Assembly: GCA_963828215.1 (NCBI GenBank)
Contig: CAWHFO010000047.1
Coordinates: 32,915 to 96,914, forward strand
From: an uncultured Alphaproteobacteria bacterium
GTDB lineage: Bacteria > Pseudomonadota > Alphaproteobacteria > Geminicoccales > Geminicoccaceae
Reading direction: 5' to 3'
DNA length: 64,000 nt
A program made the translations under genes and the position numbers. The notes below the pieces were generated by a model that ran no database searches, had not been told where the DNA came from, and was given only the letters and a program-made list of their open reading frames with translations. Positions 27,546-38,563 of the stretch are shown one piece after another. Position 1 is the stretch's first letter; every line of letters begins with the position of its first letter.

Positions 27546-29083
27546 CGCGGCCGGCGGAGCGCCGGCGGTGCCGGACCGGCCGGGACGGCGACCGGGACGG
27601 CCGGCGTCGAGCCCATCTGCCGGATGCGGAGGCGAACGACCGCCAGGATCACGACCGAGGAGACCAGATAGACGGCGGACGTGGCGAGCGCGATGCCGGG
27701 CAGCCCCAGCCAGCGCATGAAGATCAGGTTGAAGACGATGTTGCCGGTGAAATTCATGACCCCCACCATGGCGGTCACCTGGTTGAGGCTCATCGCGTTC
27801 AGCACGCGGGCACCGAGGACGCCGGCCAGATAGAAGGGAATCTCGAGCGCGTAGAAGCTCTGGATCTGGCTCACCAGGGCCGTGTCCCGGGCGTCGAACG
27901 CGCCGCGCTCGAAGAACAGCCGGACGATGGTGGTCGAGAACTGGAACATGAGGCCGGCCAGCGGCACGGAGACGAGCAGCACGATGCCCAGCCAGCCGAT
28001 CAGGGTCTGGCGGAGATGGCGCGCGTCGCGTGCCGCGGCGAGCCGTGCCAGATAGGGCAGGATGGCCGTGCTGATCGGGGTGGCGCTCAGCGCCAGGACC
28101 AGGGCCACGAGCTTGCCGCCATAGGTCAGCGACGCCACGCTTCCGGGCGCCAGCATCGCCGCCATGCTCTGGTCCACCATCACCGAGGCGCCGCTGGTCA
28201 GGGCGCCCAGCATCGTCGGCAGATACTGGCCGATGACCCGGCGGGTCGGCGCGTCGAAGCCGTGCCAGCGGGGACGCACGAGCAGCCCGAGCCGGCGGGC
28301 GAGCGTCAGCACGAGCGCGAGCTCGAGGGCGGATCCCCCCACCACGCCGACGACCAGCGGCCCGGCACCCGGCCTCGTGGTGAGGAGCACGGCGAGGATC
28401 GTCACGAGCGGCGTCGTCATGGGCGCCACCGCGACGAGGGCGAAGCGGTGGCTGGCATTGATGAGGGTGCCCCAGAACCTCACCAGCCCCTGCAGCAGGA
28501 CGACGGGCACGAGCAGGTAGAAGAGGTGCCGTGTGAGCGCCAGCTTCTCGGCCCCGAAGCCGGAGCCCAGGGCCCGGGTGAGCGGGTCGGCCAGGAGCAG
28601 GAGCAGGACGCTGGTGACGGCGAGCATCACGATGACGGCCAGGAGCGCGCTCTCGCCGAGCCGGCGGGCGGCCTCGTGGCCCTCGCGGTCGCGCACGCCG
28701 ATGAAGGTCGGCATCAGCGCCGCGGCAAGGGCGGCGATCTGCACGTTGATGGCGAAAGAGGGGGCCAGGAAGGCGATGATGAAGGCATCGACACTGTCGC
28801 CGGTGCCCAGCCTGTAGGCGACCGCCAGCTCGCGTCCCGCGACGACCAGCTTGAGCACGCAGGTCATGGCGCCGACGGTCAGGGCCGCGGCCATGACCTG
28901 CCTGTTGACGGCGGCCCGCTGCCAGGCTTGGACCCCGCCGGTCAGGCGGGTCAGCCCCCGGGCGAGCACGCTGCCGTCCGGCACCGCGCAGCGGGCCGGG
29001 CCCTTTCTACCGATTGATGACCGCCCACGCCCTCGATCCCCAAATCGCGACCGCGATCGGACGCTCGTTCCATAGTCCCACAA
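27518..29083 (-). CDS. MurJ/MviN-like MOP-superfamily flippase
   Basis: It has ~14 hydrophobic segments. N-terminal motifs are VAGRELAVAYRLGTGDSVDAFIIAF and LMPTF. The start codon is uncertain (29083 or an internal GTG). Confidence 0.7.
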   Translation of the reverse strand: MWDYGTSVRSRSRFGDRGRGRSSIGRKGPARCAVPDGSVLARGLTRLTGGVQAWQRAAVNRQVMAAALTVGAMTCVLKLVVAGRELAVAYRLGTGDSVDAFIIAFLAPSFAINVQIAALAAALMPTFIGVRDREGHEAARRLGESALLAVIVMLAVTSVLLLLLADPLTRALGSGFGAEKLALTRHLFYLLVPVVLLQGLVRFWGTLINASHRFALVAVAPMTTPLVTILAVLLTTRPGAGPLVVGVVGGSALELALVLTLARRLGLLVRPRWHGFDAPTRRVIGQYLPTMLGALTSGASVMVDQSMAAMLAPGSVASLTYGGKLVALVLALSATPISTAILPYLARLAAARDARHLRQTLIGWLGIVLLVSVPLAGLMFQFSTTIVRLFFERGAFDARDTALVSQIQSFYALEIPFYLAGVLGARVLNAMSLNQVTAMVGVMNFTGNIVFNLIFMRWLGLPGIALATSAVYLVSSVVILAVVRLRIRQMGSTPAVPVAVPAGPAPPALRRPRWSAPGGGP

Positions 29084-29374
29084 AGAAATGAAAGCGACAA
29101 CGCCCGAGCGTCTTCAATTACTCTTATCACTTTAGGTAGAACAAACACGCATATTGGATCTCTTTGAAGCTACCATTCATCCATTATTCATACTCGTGTA
29201 TCGACATCGGCGACCCGCCGCCGGATCGGCTTGACGGGTCTTGATGTCGTTCCTAGTCTCGGCCCGAACGACCTATCGACGGGTCGACGTCCGGCTCGCG
29301 GCGAGGCGGAGGCACCGTCCGTGCCCGCGCAGCGCGACGAAGCCTGGACGGCTGGGCGGGGAAGGAAGCGACCG
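29084..29374. promoter_or_regulatory. AT-rich divergent intergenic region (flippase operon / hydrolase gene)
   Basis: The stretch 29084-29200 (aaagaaatgaaagcgacaac...ttcatccattattcatactcg) is far below the local GC level. No motif is asserted. Confidence 0.3.
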
Positions 29375-30586
29375 ATGGCTCGGAGAGCGCTCGCGCGGGC
29401 TCGCTGGCCTCTCTGGGCGGCCGGCGGGCTGTTGATCGGGGCCGCGGGCCTGCTCCCGCTCTGGGACCTCGATCTCGACGTCCACGCGGCCGTCGTCGGC
29501 AAGACCCTGTTCTGTCGCACGCGGCTCTACCGGCGTCTCGACTCGCCCCGGCTCGCGGACTTCTGCTTCGGTGCCTCGGATCTACCGCAGGGCGTGATCG
29601 CCGAGGTCCCCTCGCTCGTCCACGTGACCAGCCTGACGGAGCTGTGGTCGCGACGGCAGAAGCTGATCCGCTACGTATGGGGCACCGACGCCCTGCCGAC
29701 CGACCGCCAGCCCAGCGACGTCGTCCACGGCATCGACGATCCCGGCCTCGCCGATCTCGCCAACCTCGAGCGCATCGACCTCCTCGAGATGGAGATGCCG
29801 CACGACTTCGTCGCGCGCGCCTATCACCTCCTTCCCCGGCACGGCAACGGCCGGCTCGCCATCTACCATGGCGGCCACATCGGCAGCTTCCGGACCCTGG
29901 GCAAGGAGACGCTGGCCGGCCTTCTGGCCCACGGTTTCGCCGTCCTCGCCTTCGACATGCCGATGCGGGGCGTCAACAGCTGGCCCGAGCGGATCGACGT
30001 TCCGGAGCTGGGCTCCATCTCGCTCGCCAGCGGCGCCGGCTGGAATCTCTGGCCCCTCGAGACGGACACCTTCAAGCCGCTCCAATACTTCCTCGACCCT
30101 GTGCTGCGGGGCATCGACTATGTCGAGAGGACCTACGACTACGACGCGATCGTCATGCTGGGGGTCTCGGGCGGCGGTTGGACGTCGACGGTCTATCCGG
30201 CCCTCGACCCGCGGATCGTCGCCAGCTATCCGATCGCGGGGTCCCTGCCCTTCTCGCTTCTCCGCCAGCACCCGGTCAGCCACACCTTCACCAGCGAGGG
30301 CGCCTACGAGCAGCGCCTCCCGGACTTCTACCGGCTCGCCAACTATCTCGACCTCTACGTCATGGCGTCGGCGGGCGGCGGCCGCCGCGTCATCCAGATC
30401 CTGAACAAGTACGATCCCTGCTGCTTCTTCGGCGAGGACGGCAAGGCCTATGCGCCGGCCGTGGCGGCGGCCGTGACCGAGGTCGGGCTGGGCGGCGACT
30501 TCCGGGTCTTCAGCGACGGCTCCCACATGGATCATGCTCTGTCGGCGGCAGGCCTGGAGCTCATTCTCGAGGACGCTGCCCGCTAG
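29375..30586 (+). CDS. Membrane-anchored alpha/beta-hydrolase-like protein of unknown specificity
   Basis: There is an N-terminal TM segment (WPLWAAGGLLIGAAGLLPLW). Motifs are the nucleophile elbow MLGVSGGGW, a candidate acid in NKYDPCCF and a candidate His in SDGSHMDHAL. No named family was recognised. Confidence 0.45.
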   Translation: MARRALARARWPLWAAGGLLIGAAGLLPLWDLDLDVHAAVVGKTLFCRTRLYRRLDSPRLADFCFGASDLPQGVIAEVPSLVHVTSLTELWSRRQKLIRYVWGTDALPTDRQPSDVVHGIDDPGLADLANLERIDLLEMEMPHDFVARAYHLLPRHGNGRLAIYHGGHIGSFRTLGKETLAGLLAHGFAVLAFDMPMRGVNSWPERIDVPELGSISLASGAGWNLWPLETDTFKPLQYFLDPVLRGIDYVERTYDYDAIVMLGVSGGGWTSTVYPALDPRIVASYPIAGSLPFSLLRQHPVSHTFTSEGAYEQRLPDFYRLANYLDLYVMASAGGGRRVIQILNKYDPCCFFGEDGKAYAPAVAAAVTEVGLGGDFRVFSDGSHMDHALSAAGLELILEDAAR

Positions 30587-30937
30587 TCGCCGGCCGCGGG
30601 CCCGTCCTCCGCCGCTGCGGCGCAGACCGCGCGCTCGGCGGCATGCGGCGGGAGCAACCCTAAGGCGTCAATGGTACTATCCAAGTCACAATCGTAGTTA
30701 ACAGAATAATGACTCGACGACCGTTGAATAAAGTTGACCTCTGGCGTGGACTGGTCTTAACCTTGATCTCGGTAGACAGCGCGATACAAGAATAGGTCCG
30801 CCAGGAAATGGCATAGATGCAGTGCCGCTGGGCGTGCGGGCGTAACGGCACCTTTCTTCGACACTGGCGTGAACGGCCGGACGGCTTGGTCGCGCTCGAC
30901 GTTCATCTCTGACCCGGGCGCGGTCGGGAGGCGGGAT
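30587..30937. promoter_or_regulatory. AT-rich intergenic region upstream of the wecA-like gene
   Basis: The stretch 30660-30800 (gtcaatggtactatccaagtcacaatcgtagttaacagaataatgac...) shows a strong GC drop. No motif is asserted. Confidence 0.3.
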
Positions 30938-31969
30938 ATGCACGGCTTTGCCGGAATGGTCGCCTTCCTCGCGGCCATCCTCTGCTGCGAGAACGCGGAT
31001 CGCCTGGGCCGGCTGCTCGGGGTCATCGACCGGCCGGACGGCGGGCGCAAACAGCATGTCGGGCCCACCCCGCTGGTCGGTGGTCTCGCGCTGGCGCTGC
31101 CGCTGATCGTCCTGGAGCTCACCTGGCTGGCCACGCATCCCAGCCAGGAGCGACTGTTCCTGGGGCTGCTGCTCGCGACGGCCGGCTTCTGGCTGCTGGG
31201 CTACGCCGACGACCGCTACGACCTGCGGCCCCGCCACCGCATCGTGGCGGCCATCCTGCTCTTCGCGCTGATCCTCGTCATCGAGCCCAAGATGGTGCTG
31301 ACCCAACTCTATTTCGGGCCGCCGCTCTGGACCGTCCAGCTCGGGGTCCTGGCCGTGCCCTTCACCCTGCTCTGCCTGGTCGGGCTGACCAACGCCATCA
31401 ACATGGCCGACGGCAGGAACGGCGTGGTTCTCGGCATCGCCATCTGCTGGGCCTACGGCCTCAGCGAATATGCGCACGTCCTGCTGCAGCCCTATCTCTA
31501 TTTCCTCATCGTCTGCCTGGTCACCGCCCTGGTCTACAACTGGAGCGGGCGGCTCTTTCTCGGGAACTCGGGCAGCCATATGCTCGGCGCCCTGCTCGGC
31601 CTGCAGACCATCTACTTCTACAACGACCCGCGCTCCGACTTCCCCGCCGCCGCCGCCGCCCTCTGGCTCCTGGTGCCGGTGCTCGACTGTCTCCGTCTCT
31701 TCGTGGTGCGCCTGTGCCAGGGCCGCTCGCCCTGGAGCGCCGATCTCCAGCATCTCCACCACCATCTCAACCGTCGCCTGCCGTGGCATCAGGCCTTGCC
31801 GACCTATCTGGCCGTCTCCGCCGCGCCGGGCTTTCTGGCGCTGCTCTGGCCCCAGGCCTCCTTCCAGCTCGTCCTGATGACCGTCGCCCTCTATATCGGC
31901 ATCCTCCTCTGGTCGCGTCGACCGGCGCCGGCCGGGTCCCCGACGCCCAAGCCGCTGCGGCAGCAATAG
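30938..31969 (+). CDS. Polyprenyl-phosphate HexNAc-1-phosphate transferase (WecA/MraY family), initiating enzyme
   Basis: Motifs are IDRPDGGRKQH, GLALALPL, LGYADDRYDL, NAINMADGRNG and FLGNSGSHMLG. It has 10-11 TM segments. Confidence 0.8.
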   Translation: MHGFAGMVAFLAAILCCENADRLGRLLGVIDRPDGGRKQHVGPTPLVGGLALALPLIVLELTWLATHPSQERLFLGLLLATAGFWLLGYADDRYDLRPRHRIVAAILLFALILVIEPKMVLTQLYFGPPLWTVQLGVLAVPFTLLCLVGLTNAINMADGRNGVVLGIAICWAYGLSEYAHVLLQPYLYFLIVCLVTALVYNWSGRLFLGNSGSHMLGALLGLQTIYFYNDPRSDFPAAAAALWLLVPVLDCLRLFVVRLCQGRSPWSADLQHLHHHLNRRLPWHQALPTYLAVSAAPGFLALLWPQASFQLVLMTVALYIGILLWSRRPAPAGSPTPKPLRQQ

Positions 31970-31974
31970 CGGCC

Positions 31975-33224
31975 ATGCTCGCCGAGCCTCCATCTCGCAC
32001 CGGACGGAAGGGGCCGCCCCGCGATGCCGCGGGCCGCCTCCTCTTCGTGGTCAACGATGCCCAATTCTTCGTCTCGCATCGATTGCCCCTGGCGCTGGCG
32101 GCCTCCGAGCTCGGGCTCGACGTGCATCTCCTGGCCCTCGAGGACGACCACGCCGCCGCCGTCCGCGCCCACGGCCTGTCCTTCCATCCGCTCGTCATCG
32201 ACCGGACGGGCATGGTGCCGTGGCGCGACGCCGGTCTGGCCGCGCAGATCGCCGGGCTCGCCCGGCGGCTTCGGCCCACGATCCTGCATTGCGTCACGAT
32301 GAAGCCGGTTCTCTATGGCGGTCTCGTCGCTCGCGCGCTCGGTGTCCCCGGCCTCGTCGCGGCCGTGACGGGCCTCGGGCAGATGATGGGCGGGAGCGAC
32401 CTGCGGGCGCGGCTCGCCCGCGGCCTCGTGCGACCGCTGTTCCGACAGGCCCTGGCCCATCCGAACGCCCGCATCGTCTTCCAGAACCAGGACGACCTGA
32501 CCGAGTTCGTGGCCGAGGGCTGGTGCGCCCGGACAGGACGGCCCTGATCCACGGGTCGGGCGTCGATCCGGCCGTCTTTTGCGCCGCGCCGGAGCCGCCG
32601 GGGCCGCCGATCGTCCTGATCTCGAGCCGCGTCATCTGGGCCAAGGGCATCGCCGAGTTCGCCGCGGCGGCACGCCTGCTCCGGGCGGCCGGCATCGAGG
32701 CGCGCTTCGTGATCGTGGGCGAGCCGCCTGTCCACAATCGCAGCGCCGTCCCCGCCGCGACGCTCGAGGCCTGGCAGGCCGAGGGCGTCCTGGAATGGTG
32801 GGGCCACCGCCGCGACATGGCGCAGGTCTACGCCCAGAGCAGCATCGTCTGCCTGCCGAGCTTCTATCGCGAGGGCGTCCCCAAGGCGCTGATCGAGGCC
32901 GCCTCCTGCGGTCGCCCGATCGTGACCACCGACATGCCCGGCTGCCGCGAGATCTGCCGGCACGGCATCAACGGCCTCTGCGTGCCGCCCCGCGACGTCG
33001 CGGCCCTGGTCGCCGCCATCGCGGCGCTGCTCGCCGATCCGGCGCGACGGCGCCGCATGGGGGCCGCCGGTCGGGCCCTCGTGGAGGCGCAGTTCTCGCT
33101 CGCGGGCGTGGTCCGCCGCACGCTCGACATCTACCGGGACCTCGGCGCCGTCGGCGCCGCCTCGGCCTCAGCCGGCCTCGGCGGGCTCCGGCCGCATGGC
33201 GCTCTCGGGTCGCTCCCCGATTGA
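31975..33224 (+). CDS. GT4 glycosyltransferase (WbuB-like), 1-nt deletion near 32519
   Basis: LLFVVNDAQFFVSHRLPLALAA...VFQNQDDLTEFVAEG is in one frame. LVRPDRTALIHGSGVD...VCLPSFYREGVPKALIEAASCGRPIVTTDMPGCRE is in listed ORF 32220-33224. Confidence 0.75.
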
Positions 33225-34181
33225 CAGGCGGCCATAGTCGCCGACCGTGGACCCGCGGAAGGCCCGGCTCGCATGCGCGAAGAGAGCCTCGAGGTCGTCG
33301 TAGAGCGCTCGAACGTCGGCCTCGCCCGGAAAATAGGGGCTGCCGCCCGGCATCAGCTCAGAGGAATGCAGGATGAGCTGGGCATAGCCCTGGCGGCGGC
33401 GTTCCACATCGTCGAGCAGGCCGATCATGCGCCGAAGATTTCCGGAACGTGGCCGCAGCCAGCGATGCGGCTCGATCAACCGGGCGAGAGCCCGGGCGAC
33501 AATGGATGTCGGCCCCAGGCGGTCGCGCAGCCGGCGCAGCGGCAGGGGATCGCTGCGCCGCACGGTCATGGGCAGCTCGACCAGCGGCAGGGTGCCGGGT
33601 CGCGTGACGTCGGCGCTGTCGGGCCGGTAGGCATCCTCGGGTGCCCAGCGATAGTCGACGATCCGCTCCCGCCAGCCCTCGAGGACGCCGTAGCGCCAGA
33701 CCATGTGCGGTGTCACCGAGCAGTCGGCGACATAGCCCTCGTCGACCAGCGCCCGCGCATAGCGCCCGTCGAAGCCCCAGCGGCCGGCACGGTGGCTGAC
33801 CGGCCGCGTCCCGAACGTGTCCTCGAGCAGGCGGGTCATCGTCCGGACCTTGGCCCGGAGGAGCTGGTCGGGATAGGCGATGAGCGGCGGGTGGCGGGCC
33901 TGGTCGTCGTCGGTCAGCGGCACGAGGGGCGGCGTGTCCCAGGCATGGAGGTGCATGCCGATCTCGCCGGTGCCGGCGCCCTGCAGGTCGCGCCCGAACT
34001 CCACCATCGCCGGGCAGCGCGCCATCTCGTAGTTCGTCAGATAGGTCGGGCGAAAGCCGTGGCGGACGCAGAGCTCGTGGAACCGCGGCAGGAACGCCGC
34101 ATTGCGGGTCGTGACGGCTCGCGGCCTCGCCCAGAGATTGTCGCCTTCGGTATCGATCGTGATGAGCAGCGCCGGGGCGGC
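33168..34181 (-). CDS. Polysaccharide deacetylase-like (WalW/CE4-type) protein; start codon unclear
   Basis: The frame opens right after the TGA of the upstream gene and reads AAPALLITIDTEGDNLWARP...MHLHAWDTPP...HRAGRWGFD. The first ATG is at 34025. A GTG overlapping the upstream stop is in another frame, so a further 1-nt indel near 34170 is possible. Confidence 0.6.
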   Translation of the reverse strand, partial: AAPALLITIDTEGDNLWARPRAVTTRNAAFLPRFHELCVRHGFRPTYLTNYEMARCPAMVEFGRDLQGAGTGEIGMHLHAWDTPPLVPLTDDDQARHPPLIAYPDQLLRAKVRTMTRLLEDTFGTRPVSHRAGRWGFDGRYARALVDEGYVADCSVTPHMVWRYGVLEGWRERIVDYRWAPEDAYRPDSADVTRPGTLPLVELPMTVRRSDPLPLRRLRDRLGPTSIVARALARLIEPHRWLRPRSGNLRRMIGLLDDVERRRQGYAQLILHSSELMPGGSPYFPGEADVRALYDDLEALFAHASRAFRGSTVGDYGRLSIGERPESAMRPEPAEAG

Positions 34182-34976
34182 TCACGGTGCTTCCCCGGGC
34201 AACCAGGCGCTCCGGCCCGGGCCGGCCCTGAGCGCAGCCGCCCAGCGGCGAGCCCGCAGCGCCAGATGAAGCGGCCAGGACCGGTAGGTCGGCTCGGCGA
34301 CGATGCGGCCGCCGAAGCTGTCCTTGAACCGGTTGATGTTGGCGAGCTTCGGATCGGTGGTGCCCACCGCGTAGCCGCCGAAGTCGTAGTCCCGGAAGCC
34401 GTCGGCGCGGAAACGGAGCATGTCGGCATGGACCAGATACCGATGGGCGATGCCGACGAGGCGGGCCGTCTCCTGGTCGTCGGCGGCATGATCGGCCGTG
34501 GCGCTCGCGAGATTGCGCGCCCGGCCCGCCTGCCGGTCGAGCAGATAGCCCCGCGTCACCAGAAGGCGGCCCCCCAGACTGGCCTTGGTGATGAGCGTAG
34601 GTCCCGGACGGATGAAGGCGTGATGGCGGTCCAGCGGGGCAAGGCCCCGGTTCCTCGCGAACGTGTCGTAGATTTCGAGGAAACGCGCCTGGTCCTCCTC
34701 GATCTCCGCCACCACGCCGAGGCGCGCCGCCTGACGCACCACGGACCGGGTGCGGGGCTGGAACCCCGCGAGGATCTCCTCGGGCGGGGCGGTGAGGTCG
34801 ACGAGCAGGGTGTGAAAGCTCTGCCGCACATAGCCGAGGCGCGGGCCGGCCGCGGCGCACTGCTTGTACTCGGTGAAGGCGAGGCAGGCAGCCAGCGCCG
34901 GCCGCTCATGGAACCAGCGGATGCTCACCTTCGGCGCTACGCCACCCATGAGATCGAGAGCCACGGATCTGTCCAC
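34182..34976 (-). CDS. FemAB-like / GNAT-fold acyl(aminoacyl)transferase
   Basis: Motifs are FHTLLVDLTAPPEEILAGFQPRTRSVVRQA, FLEIYDTFARNRGL, RYLVHADMLRF and NRFKDSFGG. Confidence 0.55.
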   Translation of the reverse strand: MDRSVALDLMGGVAPKVSIRWFHERPALAACLAFTEYKQCAAAGPRLGYVRQSFHTLLVDLTAPPEEILAGFQPRTRSVVRQAARLGVVAEIEEDQARFLEIYDTFARNRGLAPLDRHHAFIRPGPTLITKASLGGRLLVTRGYLLDRQAGRARNLASATADHAADDQETARLVGIAHRYLVHADMLRFRADGFRDYDFGGYAVGTTDPKLANINRFKDSFGGRIVAEPTYRSWPLHLALRARRWAAALRAGPGRSAWLPGEAP

Positions 34977-35847
34977 CTGTCGCCGCGCCCGGCGGGTTCC
35001 GACTATATGCTCCGACCCGCCCCGGACGGGCCTGCCTGGATCCGCTGCCGGCGTCGCCCTTGACGGCCATGCAGACGACGTAGGGCGAGGTGAGGCCGTT
35101 GGGCGGCAGCGTCAGCCCCAGCCGGTCGGCCTGCCAGACGGCTTTCGTGAGGCCCGCGAGGACATGACGGAGCAGCTTCCCCTTGCGGCCCGACAGACGG
35201 GGGCCCATGGCCACCGCGCGCCAGTTGGCGCCCAGATGGTAGCCGCAGCCCACCACCCTCAGCCCGGCCTCGCGATGGGCGGCAGCGAGCTCGGCCGGGG
35301 ACATCGGCCGATGGGTGTCGTAGATGGCCCGATCGGCCCAGCGCTGGAGCAGCCCCAGGCTGCCGCGCATGTTGGGAATCGTCGTGATCATGCGGCCGCC
35401 CGGTTTCAGATACCGCGCGCAGGCGGCGAGGCAGGCCCCGGTGTCGTCGAAATGCTCGACCACGCCGAAGCTGGCGACGACGTCGAACACGCCGAGCAAG
35501 GCGGGCGGCGGGTCGAAGAGGTCCGCGCAGACCATCTCGCCGGGCACGCCGGCCTCGGCGAGCAGGGACCGCGTCCGCTCGCAGCCGACGGCCGAGTAGT
35601 CGAGGCCGGTGACGGCGAAGCCGAGCACCCGATGGAAGTAGGGCAGCCATCGGGACTGCGCGGCGCCGATCTCGAGCAGGGCCGAGCCGGGCGGCAGGTC
35701 GGACAGCGCCTCCTGCAGATAGCGGTGGCGCGCGAGATCGGCGTGGTTCTGGAGCCCTGCGTCGTCGACGTCGATCGGCGCCAGTGCCCCGCCGCGCTCC
35801 CACAGCCCCGTCCAATAGGACTCCTGGGTTCGCTCGCCGGCCGGCAT
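34906..35847 (-). CDS. Class I SAM-dependent methyltransferase
   Basis: Motif I is LLEIGAAQSRW. Other motifs are FDVVASFGVVEHF and LKPGGRMI. Confidence 0.7.
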   Translation of the reverse strand: MPAGERTQESYWTGLWERGGALAPIDVDDAGLQNHADLARHRYLQEALSDLPPGSALLEIGAAQSRWLPYFHRVLGFAVTGLDYSAVGCERTRSLLAEAGVPGEMVCADLFDPPPALLGVFDVVASFGVVEHFDDTGACLAACARYLKPGGRMITTIPNMRGSLGLLQRWADRAIYDTHRPMSPAELAAAHREAGLRVVGCGYHLGANWRAVAMGPRLSGRKGKLLRHVLAGLTKAVWQADRLGLTLPPNGLTSPYVVCMAVKGDAGSGSRQARPGRVGAYSRNPPGAATGGQIRGSRSHGWRSAEGEHPLVP

Positions 35848-35861
35848 GTCGGCCGCCGCCC

Positions 35862-36911
35862 CTAGGCCGCGACCCTGGCCGCCAGCGGCAGCCAGTCGTC
35901 CCGGTACCAGCGCACGAACCGCTCGACGCCGGCCTCGATCGAGGTCGATGGCTGGAAGCCGGTGTCCCGCACGAGGTCGTCGACGTCCGCGAAGGTGGCC
36001 GGCACGTCGCCCGGCTGCATCGGCAGCAGCTCCTTGACGGCCCGGACGCCGAGCGCCTTCTCCAGGGTGGCGATGAGATGGAGCAGCTCGACGGGATTGT
36101 TGTTGCCGATATTGTAGATCCGGTAGGGCGCCCGGCTCGACCCCGGGTCGGGCCGCATGCCCGACCAGTCCGGGTCCGGCGCCGGCACCCTGTCCATGAC
36201 CCGCCGCACGCCTTCGACGACGTCCAGGACGTAGGTGAAGTCCCGCCGCATGTGGCCGTGGTTGTAGACGGTGATCGGCCGCCCGCGCAGCAGGGCCTCG
36301 GTGAAGATGAAGAGCGCCATGTCCGGGCGGCCCCAGGGGCCGTAGACGGTGAAGAAGCGCAGCCCGGTCGTCGGCAGGCCGTAGAGATGGCTGTAGGTGT
36401 GCGCCATCAGCTCGTTGGCCTTCTTCGTCGCGGCGTAGAGGCTGACCGGGTGGTCGACATTGTGGTGCACGGAGAACGGCAGAAGGGTGTTGGCGCCGTA
36501 GACCGAGCTCGACGAGGCGTACACCAGATGGCCGACCGCCCGGCGGCGGCAGGCCTCGAGGATCGCCATGAACCCGACGACGTTGCTGTCGACATAGGCC
36601 TGCGGGTTCTCGAGCGAGTAGCGGACTCCGGCCTGGGCCGCGAGATGGACCACGATTTCGGGCCGGACGCTCGCGACCAGCCGATCCACCGCGTCCCGAT
36701 CGACCAGGTCCTGGCGGACGAAGCGGAAGCCCGGCCGTGAGGCCAGCCGCTCGAGGCGGGCATGCTTGAGGCGGACATCGTAGTAGGCGTTGACATTGTC
36801 GAGCCCGACGACGGAGCGGCCCTCGCCGAGCAGGCGCTCGGCCAGATGGTAGCCGATGAAGCCGGCCACGCCCGTGACGAGGACCGGCCTGTCCGCGTCG
36901 GCGGTCGTCAC
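35862..36911 (-). CDS. UDP-glucuronate 4-epimerase-type extended SDR
   Basis: The GTG start is one base after the upstream stop. Motifs are VLVTGVAGFIGYHL, GLDNVNAYYDVRLKHARL, YAATKKANE (YxxxK) and RFFTVYGPWGRPDMA. Confidence 0.85.
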   Translation of the reverse strand: MTTADADRPVLVTGVAGFIGYHLAERLLGEGRSVVGLDNVNAYYDVRLKHARLERLASRPGFRFVRQDLVDRDAVDRLVASVRPEIVVHLAAQAGVRYSLENPQAYVDSNVVGFMAILEACRRRAVGHLVYASSSSVYGANTLLPFSVHHNVDHPVSLYAATKKANELMAHTYSHLYGLPTTGLRFFTVYGPWGRPDMALFIFTEALLRGRPITVYNHGHMRRDFTYVLDVVEGVRRVMDRVPAPDPDWSGMRPDPGSSRAPYRIYNIGNNNPVELLHLIATLEKALGVRAVKELLPMQPGDVPATFADVDDLVRDTGFQPSTSIEAGVERFVRWYRDDWLPLAARVAA

Positions 36912-36912
36912 G

Positions 36913-38196
<1,284 letters not shown>

Positions 38197-38400
38197 TTTC
38201 TCGAGTCCCCGCCACGTCGTGTTGTCGTCATCGCTAAACGATCGGGGCCCGTGTTTCCAGATCATAAATGAAAGAAGAGACATCGTAGTGCGCTCTTCTA
38301 TCTTTACTGTGAACAACCCGTGTAACTTTTCTCCTTTTGGATGAACAGTATCTTGGGTAGATCCAGGTAACTTTCGTTATCCTAGAGATTTAGAGGGCCC
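38197..38400. promoter_or_regulatory. AT-rich region upstream of the dehydrogenase/epimerase operon (end of the polysaccharide locus)
   Basis: There is a GC drop (cagatcataaatgaaagaagagacatcgtagtg...ctttactgtgaacaac...ttttggatgaacagtatc). No motif is asserted. Confidence 0.3.
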
Positions 38401-38563
38401 CGGCCGGCCGATGTCGGGACTGATCCCGAAAGGGCTCTGGCGGCGCGCCGTGGCTCGACCGGGACGCCGCGGACAGGCGGGAGAGCGGGGTCGCAGCGCG
38501 CCATGGCGGGGTCGCCGCCGGGGGCCGGGCGAGGCTGCGGAAGCCCCGGCTCCGCGTGGAGCC

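Noticed and set aside
21723-33224. The idea that the polysaccharide locus is dead because three of its GT4 genes are frameshifted
   Set aside because: The same kind of single-base break occurs in gatA and gatB and across unrelated genes at a similar density. The breaks cannot be taken as locus-specific decay without resequencing.
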